DNA from: Octopus vulgaris
Lineage: Eukaryota
Direction of reading: 5' to 3'
Assembly: GCA_951406725.2 (NCBI GenBank)
Contig: OX597822.1
Location: 45,384,001 to 45,448,000 of the forward strand
Length of the DNA: 64,000 bases
Numbering within the stretch: the stretch's first letter is position 1; the number at the start of each line of letters is the position of its first letter. The translations under genes and the position numbers were made by a program. Shown piece by piece: positions 13,887-26,622 of this stretch. The notes below the pieces were generated by a model. It did no database searches. It was not told where the DNA came from and worked only from the letters and a program-made list of their open reading frames with translations.

Positions 13887-14395
13887 ATGTATAGTTGGTT
13901 TGTCTCAGATCTGAAGGCGATAGATTTGTGTACCGGTTCCCTATATTTTCAGTGAATGAATCGAACGATTGATAAGACTGAACCTTGAACACACCCAAAC
14001 GCATATCTGAAACAGCTGTAAAGTCTATAATAAATAAATGAATAAATGTATGTAACTTATTCTTGTTTATTATGTATATGCATGTTTATATGTATGTGTG
14101 GCCTTGTGTTTGTCCTCCACCACTGCTTGACAACAGCGTGTTGGTTTGTTTACATCCCGTAAGCTAGCGTTTTAGCAAAAGAGACTTAAAGAATAATTAT
14201 CAGAATATTAAAAAAAGTTCTGATCTTAGCATGGTCATAAACCAATGGCTGAAACCGGTACAAGATTTAAGACAAAAGTCACCAGCACTGAAGATGTTCA
14301 TCAAATTTGGTTTATCAATGAAATCGGAGAGGATTTCTGTGTATTATAAATACCTATAAACTACAAGTGATTGCATAGACAATAATGTGAGGACG

Positions 14396-14436
14396 ATCTC
14401 TGATGACGCACAAATAAAGCTTGAAACTAGTTAGAT
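14396..14436 (+). ncRNA. Minimal type I hammerhead ribozyme motif (Penelope pLTR type)
   Basis: ATCT-CTGATGA-CGCACAAATAAAGCTT-GAAA-CTAG-TT-AGAT: intact core boxes, palindromic helix III, helix I ATCT/AGAT. Helix II is weak. Confidence 0.6.
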
Positions 14437-14450
14437 ATATCAGTTTTATT

Positions 14451-14792
14451 GGCATAGCTCAGTGGTTAGAGCGTCGCGCCCACAATCACAAGGTAGTGAT
14501 TTCGATTCTCGGACACGGATTATGTGTTGTGTTCTCGAGCAAGACACTTTATTTCATGTTGCTCCAGTTCATTCAGCGGCAGAAATGAGTTGTGGCATCA
14601 CTGGTGCCAAGCTGTAGCAGCCTTTGCCTTTCCCTTGGATAACACCAGTGACATGGAGAGAGGGAACCGGTATGAATGGGTGACTGCTTGGTCTTCCATA
14701 AACAAACTTACATGGACTTGTGCATCAAGGAGTAACTTTCTAGATGCAATCCCATGGTCATTCATAACCGTATGGGGTCTTTGTCTTTTTTA
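14451..14792 (+). mobile_element. SINE, head D with tail Z
   Basis: GGCATAGCTCAGTGGTTAGAGCG...GAGCAAGACACTTTATTTCATGTTGCTCCAG; tail CCTTTGCCTTTCCCTTGGATAAC shared with the copies at 44350 and 47877. Confidence 0.8.
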
Positions 14793-15121
14793 CTGATGCA
14801 CAGTGAAAGAAAACATCAGTGGTTCAAATCCGGTGCTTGCTGTTCACAGCTGTTTAATTTTATGCTTATTGAAAACGCGTCAAATCTAAACTTACCTTAC
14901 TGTTCTAAACGTACGCGCACACACACACACACACACACGAACACACACATGCACTTGCACACGTATTTGTGTCCGAAGGACGTGTAAACATTTCTTGCCA
15001 TATACGTGTGTGTGTTTGTGTGTGTGTATATGTGTGTGTGTGTGCGAGCGTGTGTATATGTATATATTAATATATGTGCGCATGTGTGTATGTGGTAATA
15101 TTTGTATGTATGTGTGTGTGT

Positions 15122-15462
15122 GAAGGCGCCTGGCTTAGTAGGCTATTAGTCACACGATCATAAGGTTGTGAGTTCGATTCCCAGTGGTACGTTGTCCTAG
15201 AGTACGTTGTCCTAGTGTACGTTGTCCTTGAGCAAGACACTTTATTTCATGTTGCTCCAGTCCACTCAGCTGGCAAAACTGAGTAATTCAAACGGACCAG
15301 CCTTATCACATTCTATGCCACTCTGAATCTTCCTGAGAGCTGCATTAAAAATACGCTTATCCATGGAGTACTCAGCCACTTGAACATCAACCTCGCGCGC
15401 TGGCTATTCCGTTGATCGGATCAACTGAAAGACTCGTCGTCGTAACCGACGGGGATCCAGAA
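15122..15462 (+). mobile_element. SINE, head D with tail X
   Basis: GAAGGCGCCTGGCTTAGT...GAGTTCGATTCCC; tail TTCCGTTGATCGGATCAACTG...CTCGTCGTCGTAACCGACGG; internal 15-bp triplication. Confidence 0.8.
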
Positions 15463-15479
15463 TGTGTGTACATGTGCCC

Positions 15480-16417
15480 TTCTCCTCCTCTTCTCTCTCT
15501 TCCTCCCTCTTTTCTTCTCCCTCTCTCTTTCCATCTATCTCCCTCTTTCTTGCTCTCTTCTCCTTTCTCTCCGTTTCTCACCCTCTCTCCCTCTCCCTCA
15601 TTTTTTATCTCTCGCTCGCTTTCTCTCATCTTCTCTTTCTCCCGCTCTCTATTTCTCCTCCTCTCTGTTTTTCTCTCTCATTTTCCCTCTCCCTCTCTCC
15701 CTCTCTCTTTTCTTTCTCTGTCTCTATGTGTGTGTCTCTCTCTCAGTTTTCCTCCACCACTATCACCACCACCACCACTTCACCACCATTACCACTAATA
15801 CCACCACCACCACCGCTACATTATTACCACTACCATTACCACCACTACCACCACCACCTCCACCATCATTACCACCACTATCATCACCACCACAACCACA
15901 ACTACCGCCATTATCACCACCACCGCCATCTCCGCCATGAGCGTCGTCACTACCATCACAACTAACACTAGAATCTCCGCCACACCGTTAGCACCACCAC
16001 CACCACTACCTCCACCACCTCACAGTTTTAACTCCACTCCACCCCACAACCACCACCACCCGTCTGCGCAATGGTTGTCATAATAATTAAAGTAATTAAT
16101 TCTACAAAGTATCAATACCGGTGCCGTCTACCCATTCAACCACGACCACCACCACCGCCAGTTGTCAGGGTGTGAATAAGAAACCACTTGAAACCAGTGG
16201 TACGGAGTAAGGAGCCTCTTCATGTCACATTTATTGCGTCATCTGGCTTGTGCTGTCGTCATCATCGTCGTCCCTGTTGCTGCTACTGCCGTTGTTTCTG
16301 TTGCTGTTGTTGTTGCTGCTGTTGATGTTATTGTTGCTGCTGTTGTTGTTGCTGTTGTTGTTGTTGAGTTGTTATTGTTGATGTTGTTGCTATTGTTGTT
16401 GTCGCTGTTTTCCTGTT

Positions 16418-16452
<35 letters not shown>

Positions 16453-16653
16453 GATGATGATGATGATGATGTTCTTTACGCTGTTTGTGATCTTCTGAAT
16501 GATGATGTTGCTGTTGAGTTTTAGTGTAGTTTGGCTATTATTTCTAGCAGGTCGACCTACCATGTATTACTCTCTCTAAATCCTGAAGGAATATTTTAAT
16601 TTTAGCTCTTGTTATTGTTTTAGTTGCTAAAGTTTTTGTTGCTGTTGTTGTAA

Positions 16654-16685
<32 letters not shown>

Positions 16686-16740
16686 GCTGCTGCTGCTGCC
16701 GCTGCTGCTGCTGCTGCTGGCAGTAGCGGTGGCTGCGGCG
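15480..16740. repeat. Low-complexity block: CT-rich, (CAC/CAT)n, (GTT)n, (GCT)n
   Basis: Direct inspection. Confidence 0.9.
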
Positions 16741-16915
16741 GCTAAATCACATATATGTTTTCCAGACATCCTAGAGAGTTTGATTATCTTCATGAAGTAT
16801 TAGGAGTGAGTTCTATGAAATGTACAGTCAAATTATAAGCAGACTTAAAATGCTTTCTAATGATGCACAGATAATCAAACTCTCTAGGATGTCCGGAAAA
16901 CATATGTGATTTAGC
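16741..16915. mobile_element. Small foldback/MITE-like element, about 48-bp inverted arms
   Basis: GCTAAATCACATATATGTTTTCCAGACATCCTAGAGAGTTTGATTATCT (16741-16789) vs AGATAATCAAACTCTCTAGGATGTCCGGAAAACATATGTGATTTAGC (16869-16915). Confidence 0.75.
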
Positions 16916-17158
16916 TGATGAACACTGGACATTTGTATTTGCTGCAATATTTGCAGCTTCAAATAAAATTGCTCTTAGTATGAAACAATTGTACTAAACT
17001 ACTAATCCATTCTTGTTGCTTTTTTCTTTGTTATAATCACCCCACATTATTTTATGGTTAATACCATAAAGAATTCTGGTGCATCTAAGTTAAGTACCAT
17101 ATTCATTTGAATTCATTGGAACTCACTTGAATCTTAATTGTTTTTTGCTGAATTTATA

Positions 17159-17206
<48 letters not shown>

Positions 17207-17210
17207 AACA

Positions 17211-17300
<90 letters not shown>

Positions 17301-17889
17301 TATATATGAATATCTACATATATACATTCTTGTTCCATTTTTTTATGTAGACGTATAGCGGCGTAGTACAGTTTTGGACTCCTGTATGTAAGTACATATA
17401 TATATATATCTTTCTCTTAGCCCCTTTCACACTTTCTTCGTTCTTTCCACTTTTCTTTTTCTCCCTCCCCTTCTCTCACATTTCTTGGCCTTCCCTTCAT
17501 TCTCACTTTTACCTCACTCGTCCCTTTCCTTTATTTTTTCTCTCTTTCTCGTCCTTCCCTAATTCTTCAATCTCTCTGCCCCTACCGCTCTTCTCTCCTT
17601 CCAAGTGACCGGTGTTCCGCCAAGCCTGACCTTTCTTTCTTGGTTCGACTACCATCCTCGTAGCATCTCTTATATTCCTTCCCATGACTTTTATCTCTTA
17701 TGTCCCTGCCGTAAGGCTTCACTTCCACACACGGCAGCTTAATTTAATTCGTCCTTAATCGAAAGACACCTGTTGTTAATGTCCTGTTGTTTTTATTTGC
17801 AATTGTGTACCTTTTCTCCATTCTTTTCATCCTTGTTTTCGTATATATTCGCTTACTTTCTTCCCAGGAATCTAGTGTCCTTAGTTTAG

Positions 17890-17932
<43 letters not shown>

Positions 17933-17948
17933 TATTAAATCCATATAT

Positions 17949-18044
17949 ATCTTATTAAATCCAAAATTGAATAAGGATTAAATTTTTGTACTTTTAGTTA
18001 TCTAAAAAGAATAAGGGAATACATACATACACACACATATACAC

Positions 18045-18096
<52 letters not shown>

Positions 18097-18168
18097 ATTC
18101 CCGTATTCTTTTTAAATAACTAAAAGTACAAAAATTTAATCCTTATTTAATTTGGGATTTCATAAGAT
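17949..18168. repeat. Long inverted repeat centred on a (CA)/(TG) microsatellite
   Basis: AATAAGGATTAAATTTTTGTACTTTTAGTTATCTAAAAAGAATAAGGGAATACATAC vs GTATGTATTCCCGTATTCTTTTTAAATAACTAAAAGTACAAAAATTTAATCCTTATT. Confidence 0.85.
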
Positions 18169-18874
18169 TTAGAATGTTACCTCACATGCCACCTTAATGG
18201 GCATACTTTAAGAAGAGGGGATATTTATTTATTAAATGGTGTTGTAGTAAACCATTACAAGCGTACTTTGCAATGAATATCTTCTGTAAGAAATGAAACC
18301 GGTTGAAATTATGTATTTGAAATGTACTTGTTATTATAGACTTTAAAAAGTGTAATAAGGTATTTTGAAACTATTTTAATGTTTATTGGAATCCGTTATC
18401 GTGAAATGATTTGATTGAAGTAATGTATTTTGGATATGATGTATTTAGGAATATGCAATAAAGTCTTTTGAAATAATTTGATTGTGATAATATATTTTTC
18501 AATGCATATGATTGATTTTAAAATGATTTGACTGTAATAATACACTTTGGATTTAACTCATTGCAATATAAGAGGATAAACGCATTTTCTTATTATTACT
18601 TTTTACACACACACACACACACACATACACACACACACACACACACATACATACACACAAGCACACACATACGCACATACATACATACATCTACACATAT
18701 ATATGATATATTTTTTAGAGAAAGAGAGAGAGAATGTGTGTGTGTGCGTATGTGTGTGTGTTTAAATTTTTTGCATAAAACCAAAACAATGCAAGTTGTA
18801 AAAACCTAATAATACAGATCAACGGTTAATACTATTACCTTGTATTTCAATTTTTCAGGGAAATTTACTGAGAA

Positions 18875-20850
18875 TTGTTGATAGCTGATACCACCGCTCA
18901 GTGGTGTGAATGCATAATGAGTTGCTTTGCGTTGCCATACCATTCAGCTGCATGCGATTCAAAACTGTTAATAATTCGTGGGCTGCACTTGTTAATTAAA
19001 ATTGCTTCTTTTATTCTCAAGTTCCCAATGTTTCTTTCTCTAGCTTCAATAGAAACATGTGGCATTTCCGTAGGTGTTTTCTTTTTTAGCGAAAGAAGCA
19101 TTAGCATAGAGGTGTTCTTTAACTCGTACGTGAACTTGTCTGATGGTTCTTCCGATGTTGAATTGATTACATTTACTACACGTAATTTCGTACACTACGT
19201 AGGGCTGTACACGTATATTTTCATCTTTAATCGGGCAGTTGGACAATATACATAAGTACTGTCTATTCTTGGCCTGTTTTTAATTAGGACCCTCCTCAGA
19301 GAAGATCCGGAGTCTGCCCGTCGTATATTCAATCCTTCCTTATAGATCACACGGCAGATTGCAGCATTTGTTTTGTTTTTTTATTAAAATGTGGTAGTTT
19401 AAAAAACACTTTATCATTGTTTTGTGGCTTTTGTTAGGTGGTCTGGTTATGTTCTGGTGTTTAGCGAAAGAATATGGAACACCATTCTCCATCAGGATTT
19501 TTCTGAATTGTATGATGTTGGTGTTTGTTTTCTTCCCTGTTTCATCGACTGCGTATCCTGTGAATTTTATTTCTAATGTAAGCTATCTTAGCTCTCATGG
19601 GGTGGGGGTGAATTGTAAGATACAAATAGGCTCCGTATTCTTCTTTTCTGTAAGACCTAGTGGAGATGGATGCGTTCTGTGTCACTTTGAATTCAAAATC
19701 AAGCAAAGATAAGAAACCAGTGTTATGGGGGTGTTAACTTCAAATTTTACATGTTCATTGATATTGGTGAACATAATGTATATTTTAACAACCTCCTCGC
19801 AAGCTGATCTTAATATGAAGACATCATCCAAATATCTAGCGAAAAAGACACAAGAGTGACAGCTGTTTAGTACCCTGCGTTCTAACCAGTTCATATATGG
19901 AATGGTCAGTAAGCCTGATAGGCTTGACCCCTCGACATTCCAGAAATTTGTTGTAAACTTTTATATCCTGGTGTTGGATAAATAAATTAACGAAGCAGGA
20001 GGGGCGAAAGTATTCACACGACGCACAACTATTATTGTTACACGAAATTAAACGATCTCTGCTAACGGCTCACAGTAAACTGCTTCCTTTCAATTGCTCG
20101 CGATTCTTTATTATATAGCAATGTGTCAGTCTACTTTTCGTCACATGGGGTGGTCGGAATCCTTCCACAATATAAACCGACCTCTCGAACTTGAAGATGT
20201 TACCCATTATAATAGTATATCATAGCCCCTGATATCTTAATCATGGATATAAAGGGTTGTGATCCTGAAGCAATTAAGGTTGTGAGAGGAGGCAATGTTC
20301 TAAATTCTCATGCCATTATGGAAAAGCAGAGTTATATCACACGAACATATGAGGACAGTTGTGGATACGGGTTTCTCGCTCAATAGCCGTCTTCAGTAAA
20401 ACAATTTCTCGAACCAATCTCCTGTGCCTAAGGGATCTAGACTCGTACAAAACAAAACCAAAGTCTAAGCTGAAAGAGTAGTAATTGTTTTTTTTTATAA
20501 TATCGAAGGGTTGAGATCTTTGTTGATGGCTTCGCTAGAGCTTTCAGCGTGTTTTGGAAAGGATTTAAGCAGTGGGTTGAGAATATTACATACAAACCAA
20601 GAGAATTTATAGAAACGTCCGTTAATACTAGAGAAAATGGATCAAATTTTTCAATTTAGTCCTGGTTTATATGTTTTTTGAGATGATAGGTGCGAAGTAG
20701 GCTGTTCCTTGTGATGAAATTGCACTTAATCTTGCCCAAGAGCCCTTTCTATTCACAGATGTTCATCCAACAAACGGTTGTGGTTATACTAACCTGGCTA
20801 AGTGTGATGTCATTGGTTTTTCATATAATGTAATGTTGTTTAAGTGCTCG
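18875..20850 (-). pseudogene. Penelope-like retroelement (RT plus GIY-YIG endonuclease), decayed
   Basis: Minus-strand segments KTYKPGLN..SIFSSINGRFYKFSWFVCNILNPLL (about 20560-20680), QQISGM..SSLSGLLTIPYMNWLE, FARYLDDVF, VVYEITCSKCNQFNIGRTIRQVHVRVKEH and LRIKEAILINKCSPRIIN. Confidence 0.85.
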
Positions 20851-20909
20851 AATGCAAGTTCATCGCAAACATACACACACACACACGCACACAAACATAT
20901 ATATATATA

Positions 20910-21185
20910 TCACGTGATCTCGTGACCGACCAGGCTATCAGATGTTGTTACACATCGCTGGTCTCAATGCATTTTTACATTGTTTTAGCCTTCAAGTGAC
21001 GCCACCCGACTGACTAGGCGAAAGCAGGCCAACATTCCCCACTTAATCGAAAAGGGGGGAAATGGAACAATGTGAAATGAAGTGTTTTGCTCAAGAACAC
21101 TACGTGCTGCCCAGTCAGGGAATTGAACTCACGATTCACCGAGCGTGAATGCAACAGCCTAACAACCAGGCCACGCGCCTTCACA
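20910..21185 (-). mobile_element. SINE, head D with tail Y
   Basis: Reverse complement head GAAGGCGCGTGGCCTGGTTGTTAGG...GTGAGTTCAATTCCC; tail shared with the 11921 copy. Confidence 0.8.
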
Positions 21186-21525
21186 TACATACACCACCAC
21201 TCTCTCATAATACATATGGTAACTAACGTAGCTACACTTTAGCCCCAAATCAACCATGATTAAGAAGACCTATGCTCAAAGCCAGTCTAGCTCTAACTCT
21301 ACAGACTTAGCATAAGTTCACATTATACCTTAGTTCACATCATAACATGAACTGGTTTCCTTGTCGTCTTGTAATGTCATAGCATGGCAGCATGTCTGAT
21401 AAATTATTTAATTTAAAGAAAAATGATAAAAGGGAAATAACTCAGTGTGGCCAATGGCATGTAATTTCAACAATATACATAACAATCGCATTACAGAGGG
21501 AGAGCGCTAAGCAGTGACAAGTGAC

Positions 21526-22079
21526 ATTACAATGTTCTTAACAGTTTGAATATGCTTGGGGCACGTTTGAACTGGGGAACAAGCTACTCGCTGCGTTTTG
21601 TCACTGAAAATATATCCTGCATGTTGACAAATGGTGTGTATACACCTAGATCAGCTCGCAGCTAAAACAATAACAAGAGCTAAAATTAAAATATTCCTTC
21701 AGGATTTAGAGAGAGTAATACATGTGAGATGCTAGTATTTCGGAGTAGTTATCTCTTCCTCGATCACAGACACCAAGCAGGCGGCGCTACAAGTTGAATG
21801 AAGAGACTGACTCTGTTATGCTATTCCAGTCACCACACGGTAACTTGTAGCACTGTGCGGCGGCTCACCGCAAGTAAATTACGGACGGGGAGCACTAAGA
21901 AGTCATAAGTAAAATTGTAGGTAACTACTCCGAAATGCTTGCATCTCACGGTTGGTGTAGGTGGCGCTGCGAGCTGATCTAGGTGTATACGCACCATTTG
22001 TCAACAAAATGCAGTGAGTAGCTTCTACCCCAATTCGGACGTGCCTCAAGTATATTTGCACTGATAATAACACTGAAAT
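21526..22079. mobile_element. Foldback/MITE-like DNA element with long imperfect inverted arms
   Basis: GTTGACAAATGGTGTGTATACACCTAGATCAGCTCGCAGC vs GCTGCGAGCTGATCTAGGTGTATACGCACCATTTGTCAAC; GTGAGATGCTAGTATTTCGGAGTAGTTA vs TAACTACTCCGAAATGCTTGCATCTCAC; the outer arms also align. Confidence 0.8.
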
Positions 22080-22235
22080 AATAATTACAGGTATATCAAA
22101 TACGATACAACATGAATTTTTGATGTATTAGAATTATCTCTGCCTTCAGAGGATACATCGTAAATACCAAATTGCAATTAAGACCAGTTCCACAGTTGAA
22201 ACAGGTGAGATAAGCTCAAGATTCAAGAATTTCTC

Positions 22236-22393
22236 CTAAATTCTCATGCCATTATGGAAAAGCAGTGTCATATTATATGGAGATATGAGGACAGTTGTGG
22301 ATACGGGTTTCTCGCGCAATAACAGTCTTCAGTAAAACAATTTCCCGAACCAATCTCCTGTGCCTAGGGACCTAGACTCGTACAAAACAAAAC
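22236..22393 (+). repeat. About 155-bp direct duplicate of 20300-20458
   Basis: CTAAATTCTCATGCCATTATGGAAAAGCAG...CTAGACTCGTACAAAACAAAAC is present in both. Confidence 0.9.
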
Positions 22394-22548
22394 TAAATCA
22401 AGTTTATGGCGTCGGTGACGTCAACTGATATTTCTATACCGATAACTGAGTGAACAGTGCAGTAAATGTTGATTACAAAAAAAAAAAACAGGAAATATCC
22501 TGAAGCAAAATTATGTATATATGTATGTGCATGTATATATATATATAT

Positions 22549-22608
<60 letters not shown>

Positions 22609-22764
22609 GATATATATATATATGTGTGTGTGCATATATATATATATGTATATACATATGTATGTATACATATATATATATATACATCTATATATATATG
22701 TGGATATGTCTAGATAATATATATGTGTATGTGTGTATATATATACATACATACATACATATTT

Positions 22765-22851
<87 letters not shown>

Positions 22852-22915
22852 CATATATATATATATGTATATATATATATATGTATATATATATGTATAT
22901 GTATATATATATATG

Positions 22916-22967
<52 letters not shown>

Positions 22968-23538
22968 CATACATACATATATACATATTTATACATGTAT
23001 ACATATGTATATTATGTATGTGTGTGTGTGCGCGCACATGGCAGTCTGTATCTGTGTTTCTGTACCACGGTCTACACAGACAGTTGTCGTGCTGCACGTA
23101 TATATATTTTTTCTGTCGATGGTGCGGTGTGGTTGGTGATGGTAGGCGGGTGGCTGGTTAGGTGAGGAGAAAAACAGTAGAAATGAACCATGCAGATCAC
23201 TGCATCTACCTTAATTGTGGCTTCTTCCAGACGAATTGCTGTCATCAAGATTACCGACTTACACTAAAATTTCATCGAGAACATTTGGCGAAGAAAATAA
23301 AATGGCTAAGCATTAATCTATTGCTATATGTGTGTGTATATATGTATATACATATATAAAGTTAATGTATATATATATATATATCCGTTTACTTCCAGAA
23401 AGTTATCCGTTTACTTCCAGAAAGTTTTGACAAGAACATTCTTGCGTTTCACAAAATGTTGGCTGTGAAAATTTGACGCTGAAAAAATAATGAGTGTTTA
23501 TTGTTGAGCAGAAGTCTATAAGTGCACGTATCGAATAC

Positions 23539-23656
<118 letters not shown>

Positions 23657-23914
23657 ATATGTATGTATGTATGTATAGATATGTATCTATGTATATGCAG
23701 ATATATATATGTACGTATGTATGTAGATACGTATATGTATATATATATATGTGTGTGTATGTATGTATGTATGTATGTATGTATGTATGTATGTATGTAT
23801 ATATGTGTGTGTGCAAGTGTGTGTGAACGCATATGCATATATACACAATGACAGAAAGAGAGAGAGAGAGAACATGTTTTATCTTTTTGAAACTATTCTA
23901 TAATATACACTCAC

Positions 23915-24006
<92 letters not shown>

Positions 24007-24607
24007 GCACGCACACACTCATACATATCTAAATATATACATATGTACATATATAATATATTCCTAAGCAGAAAATTAAATCACGTATGTGTGTGCATGT
24101 GTGTGTGTGTCTGTAATAAATATATATACACGCACATATATATATATATATATATACATATTTATACATAGTTTTATATATATATATGTGTGTATGTTTA
24201 TACAAATGTACGAGTGTATGTATGTATGTATGTATGTATGTATGTATGTATGTATGTATGTATGTGTGTATGTATGTATGTATGTATGTATGTATCTATG
24301 TATGTATGTATACACCCGTTTACTTTTCATGTCTGCCTTCGATTATCTGTATTATATTAATATATTGTCTGGAACAGAAAACGAAGCAGCAGCAAAAATA
24401 TTGTTTTCTATTTTATACACAGAAACTCACACACACACACACACATACACACAAACACACACACACACACACACATACGCATAACCGCAAATACTTGCAC
24501 ACATAAATACATTCACACGTATAATACATTCAATGTGACACACATGCGTATACATATATATATATATATATACACATACAAACGCACAAATTTAAAAGCA
24601 TACAGCT

Positions 24608-24658
<51 letters not shown>

Positions 24659-24959
24659 TTATCCCGGTTTTCTCTTTGGGTACACATATACACACAAACG
24701 CGTGTGTGTAGAATTCTCCTTATACGCGGATGGACAATATGAAAAAAAGTATTACCACGTGCACGCATGCACGCTCACACACGCATGCACACACATACAG
24801 ATAGGCACATCCACACACACATTCACATACACACACACACACGTGTGTGCGCGCTCACGCATCCCATAGAAACGTCAGCCTCGACAAACAACAGTTTCAG
24901 CAACAACACCAACAACAACAACGATCAATACTTCACTGTCGACGTCGCCGTGTCGTTAT

Positions 24960-25063
24960 TGTCATCATCATCATCATCACCACCATCATCACCACCACCA
25001 TCATCATTATCATCATTATCATCATCATTATCATCATCTTTATCATCATCATCATCATCATCG

Positions 25064-25099
<36 letters not shown>

Positions 25100-25200
25100 C
25101 CACCACCACCACCACCATCTTCATCATTATCATCATCACCATCGTCATTATCAGCAGCAGCAGCATCAACCCCATCATCATCATCATTATCATCATCATC

Positions 25201-25238
<38 letters not shown>

Positions 25239-25335
25239 CATCACCATCATCATCATCATTGCCTTCATTTCTTTATCGTCATCAGCATCAGCAACGTCTC
25301 CACCACCAGCACAACCAATACTGTCATCATCATCG

Positions 25336-25392
<57 letters not shown>

Positions 25393-25613
25393 CCAGCGCC
25401 GCCACCACCACCGCCACCACTATCATCATCATCGTCGTCATCATCATCATTATCCTCATCGCCCTCATTATCATCATTACCATTATTATCGCCACCATCA
25501 CCAACACCACCATCATCATCATCATCATCATCACGAAGCGACAATAGCAATAAATCAGTGTTAAGTTCACTTTATCCAAAATGTTGTCTGGACTTGATGT
25601 GATCTCTTCTATC

Positions 25614-25700
<87 letters not shown>
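24960..25700. repeat. (CAT)n/(CAC)n and (TAG)n trinucleotide arrays
   Basis: Direct inspection. Similar blocks at 31385-31870, 32280-32620, 39470-39875, 50340-51960 and 60575-61360. Confidence 0.95.
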
Positions 25701-25701
<1 letters not shown>

Positions 25702-25849
25702 CCTTTTATGATTCATGGTTTGTGTAAATACGTCTAGCATTTCCGAGGAGTTGATAAATTCGGTTTGCAATCTTGAAGTCCTGGTTTCTATCCCAGAGCA
25801 TGGTATCTAACACAAGTGTCTTTTATCATAACTCTTGGTCGACCGATGC

Positions 25850-26033
25850 TTTGTATGTAAAATTCACAATACGGGATTTGCTATACAGAATTCACTATAC
25901 GAAATTCGTCGTGTGGAATTCGTTATACGGAGTTTGCTATACGGAATTCGCTCTATGGAAGTCACTATACGGAAATCGTAGTGCGGAGTTTGTTATATGA
26001 AATTTGTTATTTGGAATTCTTTATACTGAAGTT
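25850..26033. repeat. Degenerate 14-bp minisatellite (consensus GGAATTCGCTATAC), about 13 units
   Basis: GGGATTTGCTATAC AGAATTCACTATAC GAAATTCGTCGTGT GGAATTCGTTATAC GGAGTTTGCTATAC GGAATTCGCTCTAT... Confidence 0.85.
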
Positions 26034-26383
26034 GTCTTTTTGAAAAGAAACTGAGGGAAATTCGTCGGACGATTGTCCCTGTGATACAATTGTCTGTGGC
26101 GTACTCTGCCATTTACACGTTAAATTAATAAGTCGGACGTTCAGTAGAACCAGCAACTGAATTCTCATCTTTAAAACCGACGGAAGACCCAGGATCATCA
26201 TCATCGTCGTCATGATCATCGCCAAATACATCGCAAGTATTCCTTTTCGAAAACTTTTAGGCGAAGGTATGGCAGCTTTTCAGCCATGTGATTTCTTGTT
26301 CATACTCACTGCACTATAGCCCCGGGCTAAACAATTTCTTGTGAATGGAGCGGTTATACGGAAACAATGCGGAAGACTTCGTG

Positions 26384-26427
<44 letters not shown>

Positions 26428-26576
26428 TATATTACGGAGATGTACTTGCATAGCAAGTGACCTGATCTGATATCGTGTGCTGGAATGAAAACAATTGTAG
26501 CGTGGAAGGTGTTTATAAGCCATTTAAGAAACACACAAAAACCGTTAGATTTACTTCAACATTTAAATTTAATTTA

Positions 26577-26622
<46 letters not shown>

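Noticed and set aside
18205-18308. Extended hammerhead-like motif ending GAAA-CCGG-TT
   Set aside because: No recognisable CTGANGA box; too degenerate to call.
24767-25615. Long Ser/His/Asp-rich ORFs (also 31328-31929, 50725-51366)
   Set aside because: Pure trinucleotide repeats open in several frames on both strands, with no unique coding context.
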